From Octopus vulgaris (taxonomy: Eukaryota), in NCBI GenBank assembly GCA_951406725.2, contig OX597827.1:22506001-22570000 (forward strand): a DNA stretch of 64,000 nucleotides, in the 5' to 3' direction. The notes below the pieces were generated by a model. The model did not search any database. It had not been told where the DNA came from and saw only the letters and a list, made by a program, of their open reading frames with translations. A program made the translations under genes and the position numbers. Below are positions 12,603 through 26,390 of this stretch, piece after piece (the stretch's first letter is position 1; each line of letters begins with the position of its first letter).

Positions 12603-12733
12603 GCACATGCACCACGAGTCCTTATAAGAGATCTTCAAGGAAAATCATACAGGATTCTGTGTTCTAACAGAATCTCCATCTTCAGTTGGAGATCAAGATT
12701 GCCTTTGGTGTTGAAATTCATTCTACCGTTATT

Positions 12734-12773
<40 letters not shown>

Positions 12774-12780
12774 CCATGTA

Positions 12781-12998
12781 TAAGGTGGTGCTGGAAAGTT
12801 CCTGGCTTTGGGTAAAAGAAAATACAGGAAGATCAGTTAATTATGCTTTTATTCAATATATTCCTCTCTCAGATTCACACGCATTGCAATGGCCCTTCAG
12901 GTTTCCTAAACCCCGTAAAAAGAACTCGGAAGGTTGGGTCTCCATCCCAGGCCTTTCGCAACACCCTTAAAACCAGGAACTTTTCAGCACCCACTCGC
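12781..12998. mobile_element. mariner-type MITE
   Basis: TIRs GGTGCTGGAAAGTTCCTGG / CCAGGAACTTTTCAGCACC around about 170 bp of non-coding sequence. Confidence 0.8.
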
Positions 12999-13272
12999 AT
13001 TTGTGTATCAAAATATATCCATATTCAAAGTACTAAAGATAGTATAAAAAAATTGAAAAAAAACACTAGTAACAAAATTAAACAAAAATGCTGTCCATCC
13101 TTTAAATACTGAAGGTACTTACGAATCCTGATGTATATCGCTCTTCGTTCAAAATATTTATCGGTTAATTATCTCACGAACCACCTAATTGTATAAACGG
13201 TGAGTCTGTGTTAGGTTGACTTCGATTTATTTCTATAATTTCTCAGTCAATTATCTTATGAATAATATAAGC

Positions 13273-13327
<55 letters not shown>

Positions 13328-13469
13328 CTGTGCGTGTGCCTGTGTGTGTGTGTTTAATAAATTGTGTCATCGATATCTCACCGGTTTTATTTGCTGGGTC
13401 AGGAGAAAGGACCGATTCCTTCGCAAACCAGTAAGATCGATATCATATACTTTTTGAACGATTGTAAGT

Positions 13470-13790
13470 TGATCCCTAGGAGAAAGATGTGGGGAAGGAT
13501 GGGATTCCGAGGGAAATTATGTCTAAGGGAGAAGACCTGGGCGACGCAGTTACTGAGGAGCCTAGAAAGATGGGACAAAATAAGGGTAGTGAGGGGAGAC
13601 GCGAACGGGTGAAGAATGGTTGTGTGCAAGTGGCGTTGAGCTCAGCCTGCTGCGACGAACAGACAACAGTTTTGGGCGAATGGAAAGATTGGAGCGTATT
13701 TGAGAGTTGGTTCATGTCAATCAGTCGACCCTTTCCAAAAAACGGTGTAGAGTGTTCCGATGCGGTATCGAGTGCTGTAGTAATACAGTC
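13470..13790 (-). pseudogene. Decayed CR1-group LINE ORF2 C-terminal fragment
   Basis: Minus-strand RLIDMNQLSNTLQSF...TRSRL...PSFPTSFS resembles the RLI...LQPLSHRR...WNSLP C-terminus of CR1-group ORF2. Confidence 0.45.
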
Positions 13791-13809
13791 ACAGATATGA
13801 GAGCAATAA

Positions 13810-14100
13810 CTGGCCCTCCGTCGGCTACGACGAAGAGTGTTCCAGTTAATCCGATCAACGGAACAGCTCGCAAGTGGCTGAGAATTCCACTGAGACGTGC
13901 GTACGCTTAACGTAGATCTCAGGGAGAATGTGACAAGGTCAGCCATTTGAATTAGGTACAGCTCATTTTTGCCAGTTGAGTGGACTGGAGCAACGTGAAA
14001 TAAAGTGTCTTGCTCAAGAACACAACGTGCGGCGGAATTTCGAACTCACAACCTTGCGATAGTGAGCCTAAAAGCCTAACCACTAAGCCACACAACTTCA
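13810..14100 (-). mobile_element. tRNA-derived SINE family C
   Basis: Minus-strand A/B boxes (TGGCTTAGTGG, GAGTTCGAAATT) and body CTTGAGCAAGACACTTTATTTCACGTTGCTCCAGTCCACTCA, also present at about 28090-28160. Confidence 0.8.
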
Positions 14101-14568
14101 CTATGAGAACGTAGTACTATTATTGTTATTGTTAGTATATGTTGAGATGGTCATTTGGTTAATAAAACCCGCTCGCTGGTTTTATTTCTGATCATCATTA
14201 ATCAACCAGTAGCTATAAGGCCTTCTGTGTCTGCTTTTAATTCAGAACTTTTGAGTCACTTTTGGTTTATACACTGGTTTACTTCCTGTCTACCGAACCT
14301 TGCGGTATCTTAACAATGGAAAGGTTTTACCCACCATTTTTGTCCCGCTGCTTTTTAAAATTCTACTTTGATTTTGTTGGTCGTTTTCCTAAACTTTAGT
14401 GTTGCTTTATCGTGTCTAAATCTTATATCTTGAGAGTAATTAGTTTCCAGTTTGTAATTAATTATTTCACTGCCCGTGGAAAAATTATTTTTGGCTTATG
14501 GTTAGTTATTATCGAAAAACTTTTTAATCATCATCATCATTATCGCCATCAGCAGCAGCAACAATAGT

Positions 14569-14950
14569 GGAGGCATAATGGCCCAGTGGTTAGGGCAGCG
14601 GACTCGCGGTCGGAGGATCGCGGTTTCGACTCCCAGACCGGGCGTTGTATGTCTTTATTGAGCGAAAACACCTAAAGCTCCACGAGGCTCCGGCAGGGGG
14701 TGGTGGCGACCCCTGTTGTACTCTTTCGCTCCAACTTTCTCCCACTCTTTCTTCCTGTTTCTTGTCTCCGACTTCCTACGCAACCGCTGAGCCTGGATGC
14801 GCATTCATCCATCCGTCGATGCTCTCGGTGTCGGAGGTTCACCTGCTTTCTCTTCTGCGGGTCTTACGAATAGCAAAGGACCACGTTTCGGACTTCTCCC
14901 GTCTTACGAGCTCTGGGACGAAGACCGTTCGCTCAACAGCAGCAGCAGCA
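14569..14950 (+). mobile_element. tRNA(Arg)-like SINE family D with (CAG/CAA)n tail
   Basis: TGGCCCAGTGG A-box, GGACTCGCGGTC anticodon-arm region, GGTTTCGACTCC B-box; 5' half colinear with 23446-23738. Confidence 0.85.
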
Positions 14951-15644
14951 ATACTTTTAATACGATTCTATCATGTGATGGATAAGCATTTAATAAAGCA
15001 ATCTCTATGAACAAGCGTTAATGACCTCCATCTTGTACCAACTTGGCGCTGCTTTCCCAATGCGACAGAAAGTTCTTGATGATGTAAGAAATGTTTCCAT
15101 TGAAGCTAATCTGCTTCTATCCATTGCCAACGTTCTTAAAAACCAAACAATTATCGCAAAAAACAACATTCCTATATTCCTTTATTGCCTTCTGCTGCTG
15201 CTTCCAGTCTTTTCAAGTTTTCATTAAATCCGAAATGAACTTCCGGTGTGAAATTGCTCGCAGGCGGCAACGATTTAACAACTTCCGGAAAAAACAATTG
15301 CCGGTAACTTATGTATATCTAATGGGAACAAATTTTTAATTTAAATCATAATATTAGAGATGTAGTTTAATATTACAGCGTTAGGCTGCGTTCGCTGCTT
15401 TAAAGGCAGCGTCACGGTTTCGGTTTCCAGATAAAGATATTTCGTTTTACCAGCACCATGAATGTGAAAAACGAACATCCGGGCCATGAAGTCACATCTT
15501 CGTCATTTCCTAAAAGATGACCTCTTTGCACAGAGTCGAAAGAAACAGTAGAACAATCGTGTTCTGAGTTCGAATTCCGCTGAAGTCAACATTGCCTTTT
15601 ACTTTCCCATGAACGATAAAAGCAAAGAATTGGTTATAAAGATA

Positions 15645-15862
15645 CAGAGGGTGGCTCAAAGTAGGTTTACAGTTACCACGTAGGCACTTTTAATTTCTTT
15701 TAAAACATTTTATTATATTTAATTTTCTATCTTACAATTAACTAAATTAGTTTACAATAATGGTTTCGTATTTTTTTTTTATAATTAAGATCTAAACTGT
15801 TCATATATGAATGCGAAAGAAATAGTTGAATGACTGTAAAAACCTAAATTTGGGCCTCCCTG
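15645..15862. mobile_element. Tc1/mariner-type MITE
   Basis: TA-flanked TIRs CAG(A)GGGTGGCTCAAAGTAGGTTTACAGT / ACTGTAAAAACCTAAATTTGGGCCTCCCTG. Confidence 0.8.
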
Positions 15863-16219
15863 TAGTTAATCGATAATTCCCTTCACCAGTAAAATGTCTG
15901 ACCTTTCATCGATGTCTGGAATGCACTGTTGAAAACCTCTCCTGTAACTGACTAAAATCATTTATCATTAGTTTCCTTCTCAATAAGACTGACATTCAGT
16001 GTATAACTGGTACCATTTTCTTCCACCGCAGGCGTACGCAATCGAATTAAATGTGGGTTTTCAGCTCAGGATGTAATGAGCCGAAAGAAAACCTGTCAAT
16101 TCCCCGCCATAGTTCCAAGATACTCATACTAGTGCGAAATTTAGACTCACTATGAGGCAAGATCGAAAAATTGAAATACGCATCGCCCGAAACGACGGAG
16201 AACCATTTCATTACGTATG

Positions 16220-16281
<62 letters not shown>

Positions 16282-16673
16282 TTGTGTGTCTTTTGAGCCG
16301 AAGAGTATTTGTGCTTATCTATGTCTGATTGTGTATGTTGTGTGTATGTGTGTGGTTCTGTGCCTAGATTCGATGTGTGTGTGCGAGTAAGAGAGAGAAG
16401 AGAGAAATTGAGGGAGAAAGGAGAGAGAGATTGAGGGAGGAAAAGAGAGAGAGAAGCAGACAGACTATTTTAATCTCTTTGCAACATTAATCCATCTTTT
16501 AATTACAAGTCATCAGAAGAAACGGCGATGTGTGTGTGTATGTGAGTGTGTGTCTGTGTAGGTGGGGGGAGAGGGGAGGGGTTACACCACAATTTCTAAA
16601 CTAAAGATACTTAGACTTAATCTTGTCACAGAAAAAGAAAACTGAAGTATGGCTAACACATACACACGTACAC

Positions 16674-16716
<43 letters not shown>

Positions 16717-17025
16717 CATATAATTATATGTTTGCGTGTGTGTACTAACACATCTATATACAATGTACACACACACACATACACACACCCATATAAATAT
16801 CTTTGTACGTGCAAAAGCATCACACACACGCACGCACGCATGCACCAACGCAACAACCACGTAGACACACGTACGCGCGCGAGCGCGATTTTTTAAGTTT
16901 CCAGTTTTCAGCGAATAAATAAAATATCTTTAGTCTCGATGTTGAGTGTTCTCTTTTCTCTTCAGCGTGTGCGCGCGCACCTGTGTGTGTGTGTGAGCTG
17001 CAGTGTGATCGAGAATCAAGAAGCA

Positions 17026-17027
17026 TG

Positions 17028-17090
<63 letters not shown>

Positions 17091-17452
17091 GTATGTGTGT
17101 GTGTATCTATGTGTGTATGTATGTATGCATACATGCCTACATACATGCCTACATACATGCATACATACATACATGCATGCATACATACATACATACATGC
17201 ATGCATACATACATGCATACATGCATGCATGCATACATACATGCATGCATACATGCATACATACATGCATGCATACATGCATTCATATATACATACATAC
17301 ATGCAAGCATACATACATGCATGCATACATGCATACATATATACATACATACATACATGCATGCATACATACATACATGCATGCATACATGCATACATAT
17401 ATACATAAATGCATACATACATACATACATACATACATACATACATACATAC
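17026..17452. repeat. Compound (TA)n-(TATG)n-(TACA/TGCA)n microsatellite
   Basis: Direct reading. Confidence 0.95.
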
Positions 17453-17559
17453 TCGCAAACACACACATTGCCACAAGAGAAACACACTATACAGGCGGAT
17501 TAAATCAATGGAACAATACCCGTTAGATTTTCCATCGGGAACATCTCTGTTCCATCTCG

Positions 17560-18720
17560 GAACCATTATCTAAAATGTCTGCTAGTGAATATCAAAGACT
17601 TCATAAGAAGATTGTAACGCCGGCGTTATTTCTTTGATAATCTGGAAATTATGAAGATAATAAATTCGGATTTAGAACGTGAAAAGATCCACCATCTTAC
17701 AGAGACTAAGAATAATTTGAATCGATTTTTTTTCCTTTTATAAAATGAGTCAGATTCAGGAAAGTCTGCAACAGCCTCCAAATCTCGTTAAAACGTGAGT
17801 TAGTAAATTGATGTGATTCTGAGAAGAGACATGTTTTCTTAAACAACCAAATAGAAAAAATAGCTTTTAGACATGACACGTATAGCAGAATATATCCGAT
17901 AATATCACCAACACTAAAGAGATTTTGCGTCTGCTTACACCTTTCAATAAAACGAAGAAATTACCACAACCTTTGATATTTATGATTAAAGTATGCAACA
18001 CCTAATATAAGTTTTTAATCTCTAAAAATCTTAGAAACAGTTAAAAAGTAAATTCAAAAGATGTTTAATCTTTAAATAAAAAATTCTTAAGACGAAAACT
18101 ACGGTCTTCCTTGCTTTATTGATCAAGAATATTGTAAAATTCGAATGAGTGGTGAGTTCATGACAGAGTTATACTTACTTAATTTGATACTATATCTGTC
18201 ACTTAACTCTTTCTTTCCAGAGCTTTGGTTTTCATAAATAACATCGTATCAATTAACAAATATATGCGCATGTCAGAAAATACCTACTTTTAAAGTGATT
18301 ATATAGTACCGGGATAAAAAAAAACCCGACTTATTTGACATTTCTAGGGAACTATGTGAAGGATCTCAATTTTGGAAAATAACAAGAATGTCCATCCAAG
18401 CATTTTGTAGAGAAGAACTTCCTGCAGTAATATGCGGAACTTAGAGAAACGATGGACTGTTAGTCGCACAATATATGAATGCTTATGAACTATATAGATT
18501 TAGGGAAAATCGAATGAAACTGTTTAGTGAAATAGGTTTACGTATAACAGTGGATACTTATCTCAGAATAGTTAATATCTTTAGATATTTCTTTAAATAT
18601 AGAAGGTAAAAATACCCATCGGCCATTTATATGATTTGGTACCTAACATTAATGCAAATGAAACGACATTTACCAACGTCTCTCGGTGTTACAAAGCTAT
18701 TCTCTGGAACAATGAAACTG
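17560..18720 (+). pseudogene. Highly decayed Penelope-like reverse transcriptase
   Basis: Scattered fragments IKDFIRRL, LFDIS and RNDGL (YRDDG-like) in the order expected for a PLE RT. Confidence 0.5.
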
Positions 18721-19154
18721 TATCAACCAGTATCTAATGTTCCATTGTATCAAAATGAGAAATGAGAAATTTTATGATACAAATCACTATAATTTATTGG
18801 ATGGGAACCCAAACTTAGGTAAAGAATCCAATAATTTGTGTTTTCATATAATTGTTTCGCTATTTTCATTTTTAGATATCTATTTCAAGCCATTTTGTTT
18901 GGAGGGAAAGTCAACCTGCTAAACATAGCTAATTCTCTTTCAAATTACACCCTTCCAGCTTAAATAAAGAAAAGACACGTGACATAATATGGTCCTACAT
19001 ACCCTTACAATGACAAAGTGTGACTGGAATGTCTTTGATCATAAGTTTCCCAGAATCAAGATTGACTTACGGTTAAACGAAGTCTGGTGCAAAACATTTG
19101 CAAAGTCAGTAAGTGAGCCTTAACACTCGATATGCCAGAAATACCAGCCAAGTC

Positions 19155-19472
19155 TCCTTGGTCCGCGGACCGGTGCCGGTCCGCGAGCCGTCAGCTGCTG
19201 GTACGCGGCGAGTTTCCAGAAAAGAAACACTAGCATAATTTCAACAGTTTTGCCTTATATACTGCAGTGAACAACTTATCAGCTTATGTAATATTGTATT
19301 ATTGTATTATTTACAAAATAGATATAAGATTTTTAAAAAATGTCAACTTTTATCATATTCATTATATATATTGTTTTCTGGTATAAATAAATATTACTAA
19401 GAAATATTACAGGTCTCTGGCACATTGGGAAAAAAACTGCTGGTACGCTACATCAGCTTGAGAAGCATTGCT
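19155..19472. mobile_element. hAT (Charlie-like) MITE, 5' end eroded
   Basis: GC-rich subterminal GGTCCGCGGACCGGTGCCGGTCCGCG and terminal TTGAGAAGCATTG. Confidence 0.55.
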
Positions 19473-19499
19473 CTACGGTGTTAATAAAAGGTTCGGACA

Positions 19500-20060
19500 T
19501 AAGTCTGTAAAGAAAGATGGGATTTTTTCTGGGTTCGGATGAAGGGGCAGTGCTAAGGATTCCGCAGACCTTCCTAGGCTGGTGAGTTGGATGGCATTGT
19601 TCGTATTCAACCTTTGTAAATCAACATTTGCCTGAATGAGTTGGGAGGGAATTGAGAAGGAAAGAACGGTAGTAACGATCGATGATAGGACTAGTGACAT
19701 GAACACCAGGATGTTGAGATGAGAAGAGACAAGTGGATCAAGAAATGCTTGACAGGAGATGGCATGAGCCCACTTCACGGAACAGAGGCCATTAAAGAAG
19801 AGAGAGTAAAAAGCAGAGAGAGGAGACCTGTAAGTGACAGACTGGAACTTTTCTAAAGATGACTTTCAGTCGGTTGACCCTTTCTAGGTCTGGTCCAAGG
19901 ATCTGTTCCCTCAAAAGCTGCACCATTTCAGATGCGAGAGAATTCTCTGCCAATCAGTAAATATTGGGGGATGAAGTATCTTTTGGCCCTAAACTTCCGA
20001 TAGGATGCGCTGGCATCAATATTAAGGGCAGCTACTCGAGATATTTTAGTCCAACATTTA
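19500..20060 (-). pseudogene. Decayed CR1-group LINE 3' fragment
   Basis: Weak similarity of the minus-strand translation to the CR1-group ORF2 C-terminus. Confidence 0.35.
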
Positions 20061-20289
20061 GAGCGATAGTGTGGATCTAATTTGCGTGCTGCTTATGATT
20101 AAAGGTAGTCGGGGCACCGATGTTGTTGTGATTTATGTTTATGTTCTCTTACTGTTGAATGTTTGGGAATAATGGCAAGGGGTATTACGAAGCCGGTGGC
20201 CATGTTGCTTTGAAGCATGTTGGGATGAGACGGACATGGGACTAAAAAACAACTTAAGGGTTATACTATAATATTACAGCCTCACAACT

Positions 20290-20450
20290 AGAATCTGGCA
20301 GCCAAATCTCCAAATCTTCCAAGCTAGGGAAGGACAAATGAAGTAATGTAGTCACTGGTACAATCTTAAAAAGGTGGGATGGTCACGATTGGATTACCTT
20401 AAATTACATGTCTACTGGATCAATGCCGACCTGGGGCTAAATAACGACGA
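20290..20450 (+). mobile_element. Old interspersed repeat family E (3' part)
   Basis: GCCAAATCTCC...GGATGGTCA...GACCTGGGGCTAAA; related pieces at about 18920-19080, 43765-43838 and 40110-40230 (minus). Confidence 0.6.
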
Positions 20451-21155
20451 CTTACATCTTGTATCTTTAAATCTCACACCTTACTTCATTCCCCAGCACT
20501 TGTTTTACGACATTATACCGGTTCCTATTTGCGGTCATTAACACTGTTTTTTTTTTCCTTCTCCATTTTCTTTCAATATTTTACTCTTGCTTTCAGTCAT
20601 TTTTACTTTATCTTTTTCAAAGTTTCTCTCTTGTTTTCTTTTGTTTTCCTTGACATTCGTTTATATTTTTATCAATATTTCTCGTTTCAATGTTTCCTTT
20701 TCTTTTTTAACTCTTTTTGTCTTTCTCTTTACGTTTTATTTATTTCCTTCTCTCGGCGTCTCTCTCACCTTTCTCTTTTCGCAATATTTTTCAATCCGCG
20801 AATAGCATCAACAACAGCAACAATGACAACAGCATCATTGCGGTGGGAGAAAGGAAAAAAAAACTAAAATGTAATCTAAAGAAATAACAAAAAGAAATCA
20901 ATATTAAAGCTCCTTGCAATGGAAGTCATATTTTTAGGGTCGCGGTGTATTAAGAGCGGGTCGTTAACTTTCAATGGCCATCTCACGTGATCACCTCTTT
21001 GGCGGAAGTTTAGTGTTTTTCTTCCGGTTCAGGCATAGCTGTTGGCTGTTGGCTTGTTTAAGCGATGGTAACCTCTAAAAACCATCCTGACAATAGATCT
21101 CCCTCTGCTTCTCTCTAGCTCTTTGCACATGCACGCACGCACACACACACACGCA

Positions 21156-21187
<32 letters not shown>

Positions 21188-21233
21188 CATTTATTTACGT
21201 ATATGTCTATATCGATATCGTATGTGTGTGTAT

Positions 21234-21335
<102 letters not shown>

Positions 21336-23122
21336 TGCATAAATATATGAGTTTGTGTATTATAAGCATAAATATATATACATGTCTGTACATACATTCA
21401 TGCAGAGTTGCATAAATACTACGTACATACATGTCCGTGTGTGCATGGATCTGTATAACTGCCACTCTATCCTCGTGGTACAGACGGTACAAACTCTGTG
21501 TGTGAGGGTTTATTGATGTGGAGGAGGTCCAGAACCAGTCATTGGCCTCCTCGGTGACTTTGCATGTACTTCTGTGTATGTGTGTGCGTGTGTGTATTAG
21601 TGAGTTGGTATTGTTTGTGTATGTAGTACTTATGGGTGCACCAATGTCCTCCTCCGCCTCCTCCTCATCATCATCAATATATCATCATCGTCGTCGTCAA
21701 TATCATCATCATCCTCATCGTCATCATCATCATCATCATCACAATCACCACAATTCTTGCTTTCAGCAGCTCATTCGCCCTACCCCACCACTCCTCGTTC
21801 TTCCTTTCCCATCCACCTCGTAACCATCCGCCACCATCACCACCCCTCCCATGCCATTTCATATCGTTTTTCCGCCACGTAACCATTATGTCCATTTGCC
21901 ACTAAAAATGCTATCCACATTGGCCGGATATCTCTGCTGACCACACAATGAGAAAGGGATTATGGGTAGGTTTGGTGATCATGGGGTAGCTCGAATCGAC
22001 CAGACAGATTACACACATACATACACACACACATACATACACACATACATACATACACACATACATAAACGCACACATACATACACACACATACATACAC
22101 ACACATACTTATATACATATAAACACACATACACACACAAACACACACACACACAAACACACACATACATAAACACACACATACATACACACAAACATAC
22201 ACATATACACACATACATACACATACATACATGCATATATACATACGCATGATATATACACATACATGCATGCATACACACTACATTCGCGCATACGCAG
22301 ATGTGCGTGCATGCATGCATGTGCGTGCTTGTATGTGTGTGCGCGCATGTGCGTGTATTGAGCGAGCGAAAAAAAATTATATATTTTCGGATAAAGACAT
22401 TAAATAAACCATGACCACCACAACAAACTCAACAACTACAAAAGAACCAAGAAAGACCAAGATCAGGAAGAATCCCAACCATCACCGCCTCCCCCACCAC
22501 CATTCTTGACAACGGCAAAATGAAGAGAGAAATAAAGGGAGAAAGGAAAACGAATTTTCCATCGATGAATTAAAATTGGTGCCAGGGAAAGCTGTGTTTA
22601 CAACAAAATGTTTTTGAGAAATAAAGTCCTGCTAGAATATGGACAAAAGTGTTTGCATGTAATCTTAGACAAAGTTGATAGAATATTAATTTCTAACATA
22701 AACAAATTTCTGGGCTGGATACGGTTACCGCATTTTCAGGAGTACAAGTCTACCTGGCATGTAGTGGAAACATGTAGTGGGGACATTCAAATATCGTCAC
22801 CACCTTCACAAATCCTGCTGCATTTAGCACGAAATCTTTGGGCTACGAAAGTCTTCTTGGTGACATATCCTTTTTGACCACAAATTATGATCTGAAAACT
22901 TCGACTTGTACGCCAGATAATACGGTATTAATGTCTCCCCCAAACTTCCCTCAGTAGACAACGACTTCATATATCATAGTCTAATTATTGTCTGAAATAT
23001 AAAAATATCAGTTGGAAAACGGGTGGGGTTTCAAGCAGTGTGGTTATTGACACGTAGGGAGATCGAACTCACGTTACATCCAATGCAAGACTGACATCGT
23101 CTCTCTTAAATTTGATTTAAAG

Positions 23123-23371
23123 CACTGGTTCTCAACGATTTTTGTATCTATGGCCCTCTTTGATTTCTATTTTACTTAGGTGGACCCCATAGCTATTCGA
23201 TATTTTTTAAAACGTCCCATTATTTTTTCATAATTAAATATTATTAGGAATCGTATTAAATAAATTCATAAAATATTTTGTTTATTGTAGAATAGATTGA
23301 TTGCGATTAAATTTTAACAAAATCTTATATGGACCCCCAAGGGCTCTATGGGGCCTTGTTGAGAAGCACCG
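23123..23371. mobile_element. hAT-type MITE with near-perfect 8-bp TSD
   Basis: TIRs CACTGGTTCTCAAC / GTTGAGAAGCACCG; flanks ATTTAAAG and GTTTAAAG (7/8). Confidence 0.8.
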
Positions 23372-23445
23372 GTTTAAAGCAAAACTAACATTATTTTGCA
23401 ACAAGCAAAGCAGCTGGTTAGAAAATCTCTGTAAGAGATATGTTG

Positions 23446-23738
23446 TTTGTTTTGTTTGTTCCTTCTCGAGCTATGCCTGGCTCATAAGGGCCGATTTCCC
23501 GGTTTCCTTGGCGTATAGGTTCCCCACCTGGACAGGACGCCGGTCCGTCGCAGGTGAGCTGCAAGATGCAGGAGGAAAGAGTGAGAAATTGCGGCGAAAG
23601 AGTCAGCAGAAGTTCTGCCGGAGCCGCGTGGAGCTTAGGTGTTTCGCTCATAAACACACACATCGGCCGGTCTGAGATTCGAACCCGCGATCTCTCGACC
23701 GCGAGTCCGCTGCTTTAACCACTAGGCCATGTGCCTCC
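23446..23738 (-). mobile_element. tRNA(Arg)-like SINE, family D head with a different 3' module
   Basis: Head matches 14569; continues CTGCGACGGACCGGCGTCCTGTCCAGG (V-domain-like) and ends in (AAAC)n. Confidence 0.85.
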
Positions 23739-24267
23739 ATTCTGTAAGAGATATAAATGGTGACTAAACTAAGAAGTAATGTTTGTCGCCATTTCAACAT
23801 GGCTCCTCTTAGGATTAAAAAATGGCAATAACATCGGTTCGTACGGAACAACCATGTTGAATTGGCGGCAAACATTACTTAACATTATTTTCCAATTTCG
23901 ATTTCATTTATTGATTCACATAAAAGTATGAAGGGTTACTTAAATTTCTTCGGGACACTCCATTCCCTCAAAAATTTCGTGTAGAAAGACTTGTCGGCTT
24001 TGTTTTACATCCTTGGGAAACGATAAAATAAAGTACGAGTCATGTTTTGGGGGTCGATGAAATTCGACAAACTCTTACCACTAAAATTGCAAGTCTTGTG
24101 TCAAAATTAGAAGTGTTGTTCTTGTTCAACCATTGTCGCAAAAACTCTCGACATCTGTAGACATGATGATATAGCAGAATAATATACATACAGATGCGTA
24201 CATGCAGATATGTATGGATGTCATTATTCTGCTTATTTCAAGATGTCTTGCCAATAGAGAAAGAAAC

Positions 24268-24495
24268 GGCGAGCTGGCAGAGACGTTAGCCCGCCGGGCG
24301 AAATGCTTAGCAGCATTTCGTCTGCCGCTACGTTCTGAGTTCAAATTCCACCGAGGTCGACTTTCCCTTTCATCCTTTCGGGGTCGATAAATTAAGTACC
24401 AGTTACGCACTGAGGTCGATCTAATCGACTTAACCCTTTGTCTGGCCTTGTTTGTCCCTTCTATGTTTAGCCCCTTGTGGGCAATAAAGAAATAA
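24268..24495 (+). mobile_element. SINE family A, full-length copy
   Basis: Head, B-box, core and TTTAGCCCCTTGTGGGCAATAAAGAAAT end. Confidence 0.9.
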
Positions 24496-25316
24496 GAGAA
24501 AGAAACGGTTTCTAATCTAGATCCAAGGCTCTTTCATTGGAATTTCAACATCAACAACAGAGTATTTTTGTATGTATGTATGTATGTATATGCAGATTTG
24601 TATGTTTTGTGTATGTATTCTCATGTATGCGCATATGTATGCATGTATGTTACGTATGCAAGAGAGAACCAGAGCGAGATTTAAAGAAATATAGAAAGGC
24701 AGAAAAATCAGAGGGAGACAGAGAGAAAGAGGGAAAGAGAGGGGGAAAACAGAGACAGACAGGCAGACAGCGGTAAATGAACCATGGGCAATAAGGTAAT
24801 AAGAAGAATCTGCCAGCGGAAGCAAGACTTAAGAGAGAAAAAAATCAGTTTGTAAGTTAATCCAACTTTTTGTCAAATCCATTTTGCGGTTTAATGTTGT
24901 GTATTGGATATTTTCGTCTCATTATAGCCATTATAATATCATTTAGAAAAAAAGATATGACAGACGACACCATTTACATTTCGTCTGTTTTCTTCAATCT
25001 GGCTGTCGTCTGCTCATCTATTTAATATAATCAGGTTTTAATAAAGACGAAAACACTTAGGATCATTTAAAACCATTCTCTCCGCTACACACACACACAC
25101 GCACATACACGCGCATGCATATGAACACACAGACACACACATACAAACACACACGTGTGCGCGCTTATGTTCTCTCGTTAGCACGCGCATACACAGACCT
25201 CGACAGACACATACATACACAACCATTCAAACACTCTTACTCTCTCTCCATACATCCATATATTTACAAACATCTACACGCAGCCTCCCTCTCCTTATCT
25301 GTTTGTCTCTCTCTCG

Positions 25317-25369
<53 letters not shown>

Positions 25370-25705
25370 TTTTTTTAATCCTTTCTTCACATCTATTCGC
25401 TTCTCGTTCCTCCATTCTCCTTCTCTATTATGTTTCTCTTTGTTTCTTCATTTTCCTCTCTTCAACGCTTCATGAATACCGTACAAGAACAAGTACATGG
25501 CCGTTACACACTAATCACGACATGGTTTCAATTCCCCTATAAATTCATTCCATTTCATTGTCAAGAATATTAGTTTTATGTTCTCCAACGGAGACTAAGT
25601 TCTAAGCGATTCTCGCCCATTTTATACTTATGGACTCCTTCCTATTTTACTCGGATTGACCCGTACAGCCATTCAATGTTTTAAAAATCCCATTATATTT
25701 ATATA

Positions 25706-26093
25706 CAGTGATACCTCGCAGTACGGGATTAATTCGTTCCATGACCGAGCTCGTCTTACGAGTTACTCGTTTTACAAATCAATTTTCTCCATTGAAATTA
25801 ACTAAAATATAATTAATCCGTTCCAGCCCCACCAAAACCACTCAAAATTTAATTTTTCTACGGGTTTTAAAACAGGAAAGGTGTCGTTACAAGTAAAATG
25901 ACAATTATAAAAAACAGAAAGCAAAAGAAATATGTAAACTAGTTCTATTAACTGAATTACCTTAAAGATGGGATGACTTGTGCACTCGTACGGCGGATTT
26001 CCGCTCGTACTTCCAGACAAAAATTCGCACGAGTCTCGGCTCGTACAGCAAATTACTTGTAAAATGGAGCACTCGTACTGTAAGGTTCTACTG
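25706..26093. mobile_element. pogo/Tigger-like MITE (duplicated at 27103-27490)
   Basis: TA-flanked TIRs CAGTGATACCTCGCAGTACG / CGTACTGTAAGGTTCTACTG; 388 bp in both copies. Confidence 0.85.
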
Positions 26094-26180
26094 TAATTTA
26101 ATATTAGGAATTTTATAAAATATTGTTAAAATATTTTGTATACTGTAGAAATATATATCCAATTTATTGCAGATAAATGT

Positions 26181-26390
26181 TTTCAAATTTTGGCACAAGG
26201 CCAGCAATTTCGAAGGAGGGGGTAAGTCGATTGTATCGACCCCAATGCACAACTGGTATTTATTCATCGACCCAGAAAGAGTGAAAGGGAAAATAGATCT
26301 TGGCAGGATCTGAACTCAGAACGTAAAGACGGACGAAATACTGCTAAGTACTTTAACCACTGTGCTAACAATTCGGCCAACTCGCCGTCT
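26181..26390 (-). mobile_element. SINE family A, diverged copy
   Basis: Colinear with 2941-3156. Confidence 0.85.

Noticed and set aside
22608-22950. 89-aa ORF or possible RTE remnant
   Set aside because: No recognisable motif strong enough to call either way
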